Made by a program: the position numbers and the translations under genes | The notes under the pieces: model-generated | The model's database searches: none | What the model saw: only the letters and a program-made list of their open reading frames with translations | What the model was told of the DNA's origin: nothing | NCBI RefSeq assembly: GCF_964188315.1 | Contig: NC_135656.1 | Coordinates: 36,580,001 to 36,644,000, forward strand | Direction of reading: 5' to 3' | Length of the DNA stretch: 64,000 bases | Source: Podarcis muralis | Lineage: Eukaryota | Shown: positions 48,427-60,247 of the stretch, one piece after another | Position numbering within the stretch: the first letter of the stretch is position 1 | Layout: the number at the start of each line of letters is the position of its first letter

Positions 48427-49477
48427 GTCGATGAGAAGACCCACAAGGACTAGAAGAAGCCCAAGGACTGGAAATGCAAATTCTTACAGGTTCTGAAAGA
48501 GTTTATCTAGAACAAAGGGGCAGAGAACTGATCTAGAGAAGAGTACTTAGAGAAAATCCAAAAGTTTGTATCAGTTGGATTCAAGCCTCCTACTACAAGG
48601 AGTGAAGGCAAAGGTATGTGGAGTGCAAATGGAGTAGTGGGTGTAGATACCTGCTGCCGGATCCTGAGTTATGCCAATGCATGCTAATGTTTCTCCTGGT
48701 GTATTTAGGCATGCAGCGTCCTTTATTACGGCAGCCCTACTGTCCAACCAGTAAGCTGTGGCTCTTTGCACAATGCAATTGTGCAACAAAGAAGACAAAA
48801 CAAAATCAAGCCAAACTGGAAAGTACAAAATATCAAGTTGGGATGAACAAAATGCGAACAAATGCAGAGCTTGAAGTTATGCAGACACTTAATCCATAAA
48901 ACACATCGTATAACCACACAGATTAAAAGCAACAACCTATAAGCCACTTCAAAATAAATCCTCACAATAATCGGCTACATACCTGCCAGGTGGGGGATTA
49001 TCAAGAGGACAAGAAGGATGGTTCCACTGAGCCATCTGGCAGCAAAATGAATAATCGCTCAACACTGGAAAGTCTGGGCTTCTCCAGGCACAGAAAATGG
49101 GGTGAAAGACCACCTGTAACTAGCAGCCCATGGGAAACTTCTACTCTGTGAACTAGATAAAAAGCCAAGCTTCCCAGGGATTTGGAGTGTATTTTTGGAA
49201 CTCTTCCCTGAGTAATACCCACAACTGGAAGCAGTGGGAGGCATGTTGCAGTGATGGAAACTTCCATAACTTAATAGATCTTAATCTGTGACAAGAGCAG
49301 ACACTCATTTATCCCAACCCTTATCTCCTTATCTGAGCATGCAATCATGAGCACCATATAACATGCTAACTCACTGAATGTCAGAGATGAAAATGCTGTA
49401 GCTGGAGAAAAAAAAAAGAGAGGAATAAGATTGGAGGAAGGGAAGCTGGGAGAGGGGAGAGCGAGTCGGGGACTGTA

Positions 49478-49719
49478 CAGTGGTACCTCAGGTTAAGTAC
49501 TTAATTCGTTCCGGAGGTCCGTTCTTAACCTGAAACTGTTCTTAACCTGAAACACCACTTTAGCTAATGGGGCCTCCTGCTGCTGCTGCGCCGCCAGAGC
49601 ACGATTTCTATTCTCATCCTGAAGCAAAGTTCTTAACCTGAAGCACTATTTCTGGTTTAGCGGAGTCTGTAACCTGAAGCGTATGTAACGTGAAGCGTAT
49701 GTAACCTGAGGTACCACTG
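49478..49719 (+). mobile_element. Tigger/pogo-like MITE
   Basis: TA|cagtggtacctcaggtt...aacctgaggtaccactg|TA. Confidence 0.92.
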
Positions 49720-49776
49720 TACTGTTCTATTGCAATAATGTGAAAACCCCAATGAACTATGGATAACAAATGCAAT

Positions 49777-49807
49777 TCTCTCTCTCCTTCTCTCTCTCTC
49801 TCTCTCT

Positions 49808-49839
<32 letters not shown>
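49777..49839. repeat. Compound (CT)n(CA)n microsatellite
   Basis: Read directly from the sequence. Confidence 0.97.
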
Positions 49840-49840
<1 letters not shown>

Positions 49841-50712
49841 AGCATATAAAACAAACAACCACTGGTGGCCTTCTTAGGGTAATCAGTATGAGTAACTTCC
49901 TTCATAACATGTATTCATGTATAACCGATAACCATATGCATTTGACTGTTTCTGTCTTCCTCAGCGGTCTATTGTAATTTTAATAGTACCAATAACTCTT
50001 CCGTAACCCCTGGGGTACATATAAGTGTAAACCAATCCTTTCAGTCATACTCCTTGTTAGCCTTTAGGTGAATTTTTGTTTGCGGTGCTATCTTTTTTGC
50101 AGAGGAAATTGGCATGTGGGCATATAAATAAGCCTCTTAATGTGTGGTCTGCTTTGCCCTGGTAAAGAATACTATACAGTATTCAGTATTAAGTGGAGAC
50201 ACCACTGACTGCTTAGTGATCCACGGTATTTGGCAAATTGGCCTGAAAAGCATGATGACATTTCTTTCAAAACAAATGTGCAGGATGTGAATTGGGACTA
50301 AAGATAGATACCTTTATCCTTGGGACATCAAAGGAAGCCAGCTGTGCAGATTGCACAGGCTGGCCTCATCCACTGCTGTTCTCAATCAGCTGTATGGATG
50401 TGAAACATGACATGTGTCTGTACCATAGGGATCAGAGGCAGCCCAGTGGATTCAGGGCAATTTGCACATGACCTCAGAATCTTTTCCTTTCATCCTCAGC
50501 CTGCTTCTAACATCCTTTATTCCGATATGTCTGAAATTGAGAACAGAAATGGACAAAGCCATTTGGCTCCACCCTGGAAAAAGTTGGGCAGGACTGAAGT
50601 TGAAATTCTGTCCATCAAATCTGTCATTTTTGTGAGTAGGGCTCCTTCCAGAATGGGAGCTTTGTGCACACTTTAAAGGACATTTGAAACATATTCTTTC
50701 CCCTTCAAAGAA

Positions 50713-50715
<3 letters not shown>

Positions 50716-50754
<39 letters not shown>
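50716..50754. repeat. (TG)n microsatellite
   Basis: Read directly from the sequence. Confidence 0.98.
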
Positions 50755-50759
<5 letters not shown>

Positions 50760-53446
50760 TTTTATTAAGGTTTTTTGTGTTACAAAGCAAACAGATGAGC
50801 CGAGAGAGGTACATATATTGTCTCCACTTTCAATTATGCTAGGCAATAGAATGAAAGAACAATACCCACCATCCCTCTCTCCCGTCTCCCCCCATCTCCT
50901 CGTCCCTAACTGCAAGATGTCTATGACAAAAGTGTCTCTCACCAAACAGAAACGATCTTGTTATTGTAGTTAAGCCCTCACAGAGTTATGGTTCCCCAAA
51001 ACTCTATGACTTAATCTACAGTGCCCAGAGTTCTTTGAGGGGGGCTACATGTGCTTCATATGTGCTTTAAAGGTATAGTATGTATGCAGCCTCAGAAGGT
51101 TTGTCAGTCTCTGGTTGATTGCCCTTGATATATGCTACACCCGGCAAAAGGTTCCTTCACAGAGGAAGAGGCATTGTCTGGTTCTGCTCTGATCCTAACA
51201 GGAAGCTAGGGAGCATAACATGGACAGAAAAAGGTTATATATCCCCTGCCCCTCTCCATTGCCCCTCACCTCATCTAGACAGGTTAGCTGATCTTGTGTC
51301 AAAATTTACATGGCCCAGTCCTCTGCTTGAAAGGCTGTCAAAGTGAGGCTTTATAGTTATTTGTTTGTGGTGTTTCAGAGATGCCAGCTTCTCCAGCTTA
51401 TTGCAATGCCCAGACATCACATACACGACATTGTGAGGAGCCAGGGGGTGGAGCCAAACACCCTCTGAAAATTGAGGGTGCCCGGCTCCCTCAAAAATTA
51501 AGTTGGGGAAACTGCCTTGGCCCCTAAGAGTCAGCGCCTATGTGGTGTTTGTGCCTCAGCATTTAACCAAGAAAAAAGCAGTAGAAAGTCCCTTCCCATA
51601 GGCTCACATTCTAAGAAGACATGGAACATGAGGGAAAAGGAATGGGAGGAAGGAGGGGAAAGCAATCTCCAGCACAAGTCCTGCCCAGTTCAGTCCTATT
51701 TAAAGAAGGGAGAACAGGGGCCTCGAAATTGCCCATCAACAGTTAATACTTTTGGTAGCACATAGGTCACCTGGCCACAATCTCCCCCATTATGGCGAGA
51801 TGTATGGTGTTTCCCTTTAAATTATAGCAATTATTTCTAAATTTTCCCCATGCCATATAAAATCAGCATATGCAAATGTAACGCAAACCTCTATCCCTTT
51901 TGTCTACCTTTCTTGGTGGTGTGTTTCCTCTTTTCTGGCAATGCCGAAATGATCAGCCTAAAATGGGTCATTGGGCTTCATGCGCACACATTTGTAGGCA
52001 ATGTTTTGAGACTTGGTATCTTCATTACATTTGTAGGTAATTGTTTGAGACCTGGTATTTGTTGTGTTTTCCAAATGCACAAGCAAACTGCACCTGACCA
52101 TTCCTGTTGCAGAAAGCAAGCACCCTCAGATACCGTGTTTGTCACATGCAGGGCTGGGAGGGTTAACTTTCTGCCCATGTCCCTGTCTTGGTTGCATTCT
52201 CTCTAGCAGCTTTCTCTAAAAGTGCTCCCGACCATTTATTTTCCCTCATACATCATAAGATAAACAACCGATGGCATCGTTCCACTGCTGCCCCTCTCCT
52301 GCACTACAAGAAGTGAGCTGTACCTCTCCTCATCTTTCTTCCTACCACATCGTTAAAAACAGGTGAAACTGATTCATTGGGATTTGCACATTCAGTTCTC
52401 TTCGGCAGCTTAGGGAAGGAGTTGGGGAGGGTGTGGGGAGAGAGAAGAACTCTTTAATGCTGGCCTCTCATGACTCTTCGGGAAAGGAAGAGTTAATGTC
52501 TGCAAAGCACTTGGTGAGCTGAGCACACCATACATCATTAGCAGAAAAGCTAACAGCCAGAGAACTGCAACGCTGGTACCTAAGTCAGCAGCAGTAGCAG
52601 CACACTGCAGGGAAGAAATGTGTTCCTATGGCAGCGCACATCCATTGTGGGGGCGCTTGTCTGCACTTCCCACTTCAACACCCCTTCTTGGCGTGTGACA
52701 CAACTAACACCCACCCCCTTTTCCAGTGGGTTAATGTGCTAAGAAGGGGATTACTGAGGAAATCACTTTAATCATGCAACAATGATGTGTTTGTTTCCTA
52801 CTAATCCACCAGAGAAAATAATCCCCAACAGACACCATTAAAAATGCTTGCCTTGAATCCCACGAGGACCCATAAACCTCTCCTTTGAAAGCTTGATTTA
52901 TCCACCTTTTTGTGTTTGTTTCCCGTCTTCCCCATTGCTCACAACTCTCCCCTTTCTCCTGCTGCAGGATGGGTTTTGAAGCTAACTTTAATGATGCTAT
53001 GATTTTACCTGGGGGCAAAGATTCCCATGTAGTCTGCCATTCTTGTTTGCCATGGCTGGCTTTTAAAAAATTAAATAAGTTGGAAGCTGACACGGAAGTG
53101 GGCAATTGTTGTAGAATGGCTGCAGAGCTCCGTTATTAGCCTATGGGTTATCAAGCCAGAGGACTAGCAATAGTCGCAAGCTGGGCCTTACACCAGAGCT
53201 TCATTTGCACACGCACACACACATGGAACTAGCACTGGAGGCAAGTTAAAAATGGGTGCTCCCTTTTTAAACATTTACACTACTAAAATTCAAAGTTCTT
53301 TAAGTGGTCTCTGTGAAGTCCCATAGCATGGCCACCCTGACTGCCGCCTGAGAGACATCATTGAAAATGTCTCTTCCTTTCTTGGTCCTTTAGGAGCGTT
53401 GCCATTTCCTCTCCCCTTAGTTTTGTCCAATGCCTAGTTTAGCATT

Positions 53447-53795
53447 AAAGGTAAAGGGGCCCCTGACCAATAGGTCCAGTCGTGGCCGACTCTGGGGTTG
53501 CGGTACTCATCTCGCTTTATTGGCCGAGGGAGCCGGCGTATAGCTTCTGGGTCATGTGGCCAGCATGACTAAGCCGCTTCTGGTGAACCAGAGCAGCACA
53601 CGGAAATGTTGTTTACCTTCCTGCTGGAGCACTACCTATTTATCTACTTGCACTGGTGTGCTTTTGAACTGCTAGGTTGGCAGGAGCAGGGACCGAGCAA
53701 CGGGAGCTCACCCCGTCGCGGGGATTCGAACCGCCGACCTTCTGATCGGCAAGTCCTAGGCTCTGTGGTTTAACCCACAGCGCCACCCGTGTCCC
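53447..53795 (-). mobile_element. Sauria SINE, full length
   Basis: aaaggtaaagggg...ccacagcgccacccgtgtccc, with degenerate flanks ctagtttagcatt/ttagtatagtatt. Confidence 0.93.
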
Positions 53796-53854
53796 TTAGT
53801 ATAGTATTAGGTTTTCTCTATTAACAATGTGTCTTACCTTCATTTACGTCAGCA

Positions 53855-53992
53855 GTAGGGAGCTGGTGCCCCCCCCCCCCAGATGTTGGACTGCAGCTTC
53901 TCTCAGCCCGTGTCAGAACAGCCAAGCATCAGGAATGCTGGGAGTTGTCCTCCAACAACATCTGGCCGGAAGCAACAGGTTCCCCATTCCTG
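53855..53992. mobile_element. Old palindromic hAT MITE
   Basis: cagatgttggactgcagct...gctgggagttgtcctccaacaacatctgg...caggttccccattcctg. Confidence 0.5.
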
Positions 53993-55089
53993 TTCAACTT
54001 CTTGGACAGTCACTTGGTTGATTTCCGTTCAGCCTACAAATGAAACCTTCCGTACCTTTAAAAAAATGTATTCATGGCCTTAGACTCAGTAATATACTGC
54101 CTGGAATTCCAGCTGAGTCACTTTCTTCTTATATAGATATACTAGCAATTCTGATTGCATTTACTGAATGCAAGAAATATTTTGGGGTGGGGTGTTAAAA
54201 AGAAAATCTGGTGTTTTTAATGATTAAACGGTTCAACTTGCAGTGCTTTGAATGTTTTACAAATACTGTCTGATGATGCACTTGTAGCTCTCACTGTTAC
54301 CCCCAGGACTCTTTCTTTTGAAAGATTTTTGTAAGTGGGGGCAACTTTTGCTCTGAGGCTGGCTGCCTCACCTTCTTCCCGATATCTTTGGACTGTAGGG
54401 CGGCCGCTTGTTTTAAGCTGTGCCCCCCGCTAGTCCTCTCAGTTGCTTTGTAGCCACTTCTGCTGCTCTGTGTGTCATATCAAAGGCATGCTCAAGGACT
54501 AAACCAATCTCTCATGCAAACCTGGATCTCTGCCTGCCTGATCTCATGCCACACACTACGCAGTTTTTAGTGATTCACTCAGCTCCCCAAATGCACAAGT
54601 TTGTGCCAACAGCTTGAAAGCAATCGCTATTTCATCCACTATCCATGCTTTCTCTTTCGTTCCGAGTTCTAATAAAGAATCTGCACCTTTCATGCTTAAT
54701 ATTTCTTCTGAGTGTGCTTCAGATTCAATATTTCAAATCCAGACATGGCCATTTATTATTTGCATTGTCATCAAACTGAAAAGTATTAAATACCTCTCTT
54801 GCTTATTCACCTGCCTTATGAATAAATAGTGTTGGATAAAATCTCTCACCTATTTCAATTGACCCACTTGCAATGCAGTGCTGTACAACTCAAATCCTTG
54901 TCTGCATCTTCTTGAGTCGTCGCAGCATTTCCTTCCCATAGCATAATTCTTAGAGATTTTCTCTTGTCCATTTTTTTTTGGGGGGGGGGAGGGGCATTCA
55001 GTTTTACCGTGTTTAAACAAGGCCTAAGTTCATGAAAGGATCATTTCTCATTTGCCATCGTCTCCATCTTCCTTCTATCCCCCTATTGC

Positions 55090-55220
55090 AGGGATGAGTG
55101 ACCTGTAGCCCTCCAGTTCTTGTTGGACTCCAACTCCCTTTATCCCAAGCCAGCAATAGTCACCAGTGGTCAAGGAAGATGGCAGCTGAAGTTCAACAAC
55201 ATTCAGAGGCCCACAGGTCC
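55090..55220. mobile_element. Old palindromic hAT MITE
   Basis: cagggatgagtgacctgtagccctccag...ggactccaactccc...cacaggtcccccaccct. Confidence 0.5.
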
Positions 55221-55319
55221 CCCACCCTCAGCTCGACTGCCTGCCCTATGTAGGCTCCTCAGGGCAGGGACCTGTCTTTTAGTTGTAAAGTGCTGTGCAC
55301 ATTAAGGGTGCTATATAAA

Positions 55320-55666
55320 CAGGTCTGGCCCAAGACATTTTGGCCCCTGAGGTGAACCACAAAATCCCCTGTTTCTGGCCAGGGAAGAAGGGGTGAGTGT
55401 CCATCTACATTGGGAATAAAGGGGAACTAAAGATCTACACTGGGAACAAGGGTGGGAGGAGATCAGCAACACATTCTTTTCACCAAAAGGCTGCTGTAAA
55501 TGTGTTTTGGCTGCCAAGGAGGCGGCAAATCCAGCCTCCAAGGAGTGGGCTGCAGCTGTTGCTGCCATTGCAGTGGCGATGGCAGCAGGCAATGCATTTT
55601 TTGGAGACCAGATCTGCTGTCCCTGTGGATCCTGCCTTACCTTGCCTTATGGGTGGGTCAGCCCTG
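55320..55666. mobile_element. hAT (Tip100/MER45-like) non-autonomous element, 347 bp
   Basis: caggtctggccc / gggtcagccctg termini and TSD tatataaa/tagataaa. Confidence 0.7.
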
Positions 55667-57702
55667 TAGATAAAATAAAAACGTTTTACCTCCTCCTGAC
55701 ACTGTGTAATGTTTGCTGCTGAACATTCTGTAGGATGATGCAATAGGAAGCTGAAGTGAGGACAACACCCATGTTGAAAATGAAGCTTTCGCCTTCCTGG
55801 ATCAAAGACTAAATCTTTTGAAATTGCAAATGGATTTCATTATGATGATTAATGTGGCAGATACAAGAGCATTTTATGACCGGTTGTCTCACTGTGCTCT
55901 CCTGCTGTGACCCTAAAGTATTAAATATTGACTCTCTTGCTCATCTTTCTTTGTCCAGCTGTGGCTCAATGTGCCAAATGGCTTTTTCTGCCACCTCTCT
56001 CCCTGACACCCAAAAAGGTCCAAAGGAGTCAATAAAATATTGCCTGTTCCTGTTCTAATATCAATGTTTAATGTTTGTCTTTAATCTGCAGCTATGGTTC
56101 CTAATGAAGAATTGGGGTACCAAAGGACTTTGTTTAACTTTAAGGGCATGAATAATTGCATAGGCTTCTGCAATTTGTTCTTGAAAACAAATGGAGCCTG
56201 TTATAAATAGTTTATAGCACCCTCACTGGCCAGCTCCTTTTAGCTTCCCCCATGTATGAATAATGGATTATTATCCCAAACTGGGCTTGGCCAGTGCTAC
56301 AGATTAAGTGCCTAGGCGGTAGCAGCTCCCTTTTTTTTAAACTCCAGGTCATCTGGCTCCAGGGCTGGCACCAGGGGTCAGCATCATTGGACAACTGTTA
56401 AAGCCCAACCCTCACTCAAGGTCCCTCTGCCAACCCCTGGAGCCTCCTGGTTCTGCTGCTCCTTCCTTTGTTGTTGCTGCCTGTTCACTTGGTCCATTCC
56501 CTGGTCTGTACACCACCGATACAATGGTCTCTAGAACGTTGTTCATTGGGGAATGGATACCCCTGTCCCACAGGGATGTTGTGGATATACAGCCTGAAGA
56601 TGAATAATGGCCTTCTGGTTCCTGGGGGTTAAAACACGAGTAAGCAAGTTTTTACTCGAACTGTTGGGCATGGTGTTGGGGTGTTTATTTCAAAGACAGA
56701 ACTCCATGCTTTACTTCTGAGCTTCTCTGAAAGGCCTTTGTGCCTGTAGGTGTTGCTATTGTTTGTCTCATTAGATGGCTCTGCACTTGACTGATTGCCT
56801 GCACAATTTTCTGCCGCAATTTGAAAATGTCTATATTTTGAAGGGCTTTCATGTGCTCCTTTAGAGTCACGCACATGCCTCATTAGGCACAATTTTTTTG
56901 GGGGGGGGCATTGACCGGAGGCAAAATGCTGGCCAACCATTAGCATGCACTGTAATCTGAGAAGAAATGTAAGACCATACAATAGAGCCACGCCAAGAAA
57001 CACTTTTTTTTAAACTTCCATTTTGCTTTCGTTATCATAGGAAATTGAAGTGTAGCATATATATGATTATTATTTTTTTCAACTGCCCCCTTCCAATATC
57101 ATCATTCCTTGGTTAGGTTCTGAACAATCGATAGAAGTATGCAAAAGCTGCTTCCAACTTCCAACAATGAGGCTGTATTGATTTCCTGTATTGATTGCTT
57201 TTTGTAAACTGCTTAGAGACTTCTGTTGAAATAGGAAGTGGCATATAAATTAGCAGTTTAATAAAAAGGTGTCTTATTGCTAACCATACTCAACGTTAAC
57301 CCCAACATCAAAGCGAATGATAAATACTGTAGAAAAAAATGCCTTGAGAAATAGTCTTGACTTTCTGCATGCGCCAGCATTTAAGCAGTCAGTCTAAAGG
57401 TGAGTTCCTAATTTGCTAGAATAGGAGGCTATTTGCACATAATGTTCTTTAGGGAAGGTTGGGATTGCCAGTCCTTGGATTCTGGTGCCTGGATAGGATC
57501 TAAGATGGGGTGTTTTGTGGGACAGAGGGAGGAGAGACAGGACCCAGGTTCATGGAACTGGAGCCCAGATTGAATAATGTGAGCACTACACTATTCCTTT
57601 AAAACAGAAAAGAAAAGAAAGCTGGCATTCTTAGCAAGCTCCCTTTGGTACCAGAATCTGAGCTCCGAACTAACCACTCCCATGTGTGTTTGTACTCAAC
57701 AG

Positions 57703-57776
57703 CGATAGAAGGCAGACGGGACCAGTGTGAGGTGCCCAGGGATCCCAAATACCCCGACTGCTCTGGGAAAGTGGAG
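57703..57776 (+). CDS. MGAT5B: MGAT5B internal coding exon (about exon 5), 74 nt
   Basis: Acceptor tactcaacag| and donor |gtgagt. Encodes (S)IEGRRDQCEVPRDPKYPDCSGKVE, against human SEGRRDQCEAPSDPKFPDCSGKVE. Confidence 0.95.
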
Positions 57777-58021
57777 GTGAGTAAAGTAGATTCAGATTTG
57801 TGCTCCGAACAGAAAAAAGGTAGAAATGAAAGCAATGTGTCTCTTTGGATGACAGTTAAAAAGATGGAATCTTTTTTGTTCACACACTGTTCCAGCAAGC
57901 ACTGCAGCAGTAAACTAAATTATTGCAATGTGAGAAAACATCTTTTCAATGCATTTTTCTTTTTTCCCCAAATTAGAAAGGAATATAAGTGGGATATAAA
58001 AGGCATGGGTAGTGTTTCAGA

Positions 58022-58377
58022 GGGATGTGGGTGGCGCTGTGGGTTAAACCACAGAGCCTAGGACTTGCCGATCAGAAGGTAGGCGGTTCGAATCCTTGCA
58101 ACGGGGTGAGCTCCCATTGTTCGGTCCCTGCTCCTGCCAACCTAGCAGTTCGAAAGCACGTCAAAGTGCAAGTAGATAAATAGGTACCGCTCTGGCAGGA
58201 AGGTAAACGGCGTTTCATTGCGCTGCTCTGGTTCTCCATAAGTGGCTTATTCATGTTGGCCACATGACCCGGAAGCTGTATGCTGGCTCCCTCAGCCAAT
58301 AAAGCGAGATGAGCGCCGCAACCCCAGAGTTGGTCACGACTGGACCTAATGGTCAGGGGTCCCTTTACCTTTACTTT
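58022..58377 (+). mobile_element. Sauria SINE, full length
   Basis: TSD tagtgtttcaga (58010-58021, 58378-58389) and an (accttt)n-type tail. Confidence 0.94.
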
Positions 58378-59027
58378 TAGTGTTTCAGAGATCACCTGGG
58401 GAAATGAACAGCAATAGTTAAGTCAAGTTTTCCATGAGCCAGAGTTGGACCAGTGGGTGTCCTGCCCCACCAAGAATAAGGATTTTTTCCACCTCAACAA
58501 AATTCAAGCACACAAACATTGACTTCTTGGTTTAGTGATACCACAAAATGGTATCTTATTCCTTAGAAGAGGGAGATTTCTTGTTGAGAACAAATCAGGA
58601 GCAGCTGGTGCCGCCTGCCCTCAAGTGATTCTGCTCCAAACTGACAACACCCACCTGACCTGTCCAGCTCTGCTTCCCACTCAAGTACCCCGCTGGCTCA
58701 GGGTGGACTTTTCAAGATCCATGTCTCCCTTACTATGCTTAATCAGTCCTGAAGTCCCCCTTTAGCTACTATGGCTGTGAATATAGTGCTCAGAGAGGGT
58801 AAGGGACAACTTAAGGGAGTTACTGTTTATTGCAACAAGAGACTGTACTCATTATAAGCAGGCAGAAGCTTGCAAACTTATAAATAACTGTTCTTATTTA
58901 ATGTCCTTTTTGGACACTAAGAAGCCATTGAAATAACTTCATTTTTTTGAAGCCATCCTGGAAATGTGGCAGGCCCACTTAGTGTGGAGGGCTGGCTATG
59001 GCCCTGGAGGTCAACTCTGAACTTTAA

Positions 59028-59397
59028 GGGGTGTGAGTGGCGCTGTGGTCTAAACCACTGAGCCTAGGGCTTGTCGATCGGAATGTCAGTGGTTCGAATC
59101 CCCATGACGGGGTGAGCTCCCGTTGCTCAGTCCCTGGTCCTGCCAACCTAGCAGTTCGAAAGCATGTTAAAGTGCAAGTAGATAAATAGGTACCACTCCG
59201 GCGGGAAGGTGAACGGCGTTTCCGTGCGCTGCTCTGGTTTTGCCAGAAGCGGCTTAGTCATGCTGGCCACATGCCCTGGAAAAACTGTCTGTGGACAAAC
59301 GTCGGTTCCCTCAGCCAGTAAAGCTAGATGAGCTTCGCAACCCCAGAGTTGTTCGTGACTGGATTTAACTGTCAGAGGTCCTTGTCCATTACCTTTT
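59028..59397 (+). mobile_element. Sauria SINE, different subfamily
   Basis: gtggcgctgtggtctaaaccactgagcctagggcttg...gagatgagc...ccccagagt. Confidence 0.88.
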
Positions 59398-59519
59398 TAT
59401 TCCCCTAGATTTTATATATTGCCCCACCACCAGATAAGAACAGAGGAAGATCAAGGCCCATCTAGTCTAGAATCCTCTTCTCATACAGGGATCTGATTGG
59501 CTACTGGGACCTGACTGCA

Positions 59520-59645
59520 ACAGTGCTCTTCCCGCTTGAGATGGTGAGATTCAACTCCCATCATCCCTGACTATTGGCCATAGTGGCTGGGCTGATGGGA
59601 GTTGGAGTCCAGCAGCATCTGGAGGGCACCAGCTTGAGGAAGGCC
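59520..59645. mobile_element. Old palindromic hAT MITE
   Basis: tcaactcccatcatccctgactattggcca...gctgatgggagttggagtccagcagcatctggaggg. Confidence 0.55.
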
Positions 59646-59913
59646 TCCCTATGGGGTAGCTGCAACCATAGCCCTAATGTGTCAATTAGTGCTGTGCTGA
59701 ACCTTCTCAGAGATTTAATGTTGATCATTTGAAGGAGGAGGGTGAGGGCAAAATGAAGATACCCCCCCCAAAAAAAGGTAGGGTGGGTAGAACTTCATTA
59801 GTTTCAAGGGACCAGATTTGTTGAGGTGGATGAGTAGATTGTACTTTTCTTACATGAGGTGGCCAGGGTGTGTCTCTTTTCAGATCAAACATTTTTGGAA
59901 AGCCCTAAATTCA

Positions 59914-59965
59914 GGGAAAGAAGACCTTGTTGAGCTTGACTCTAGTCTAGAGACATGAGAGGTGT
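59914..59965 (+). rRNA. Non-functional 28S rRNA fragment (start of domain V)
   Basis: gggaaagaagaccttgttgagcttgactctagtct matches the recalled vertebrate 28S at 34/35. After a 10-nt gap (GGCACGGTGA), agagacatgagaggtgt matches 17/17. Confidence 0.9.
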
Positions 59966-60247
59966 TGTGGACTCTCCTTCTTTGGAGGCTTTTAAGCAGA
60001 GGTTGGATGGCCATCTGTCATGGATGCTTTAGCTGAGATTCCTGCATTGCAGGGGGTTGGACTAGAGCAGTGTTTCCCAACCTTGTGCCTCCAGCTGTTT
60101 TTGGACTACAATTCCCATCATCCCTTGCCACTGGTCTTGCTAGTCAGGGATGATGGGAGTTGTAGTTCAAAAACAGCTGGAGGCACAAGGTTGGGAAACA
60201 CTGGACTAGAGGACCCTTGGGGTCCCTTCCAACTCGACAATTCTATG
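59962..60247 (+). mobile_element. CR1 LINE 3' end, interrupted by a MITE
   Basis: gtggactctccttctttggagg...gggggttggactaga...ggtcccttccaactc...attctatga, homologous to 23750-23940. Confidence 0.88.
60068..60203. mobile_element. Palindromic hAT MITE, 136 bp, nested in CR1
   Basis: Perfect TIR cagtgtttcccaaccttgtgcctccagctg and perfect 8-bp TSD gactagag (60060-60067, 60204-60211). Confidence 0.93.

Noticed and set aside
51988-52060. 39-bp-period tandem duplication (acatttgtagg...gagac.tggtat)
   Set aside because: Two diverged units only. An ordinary local duplication with no sign of function.
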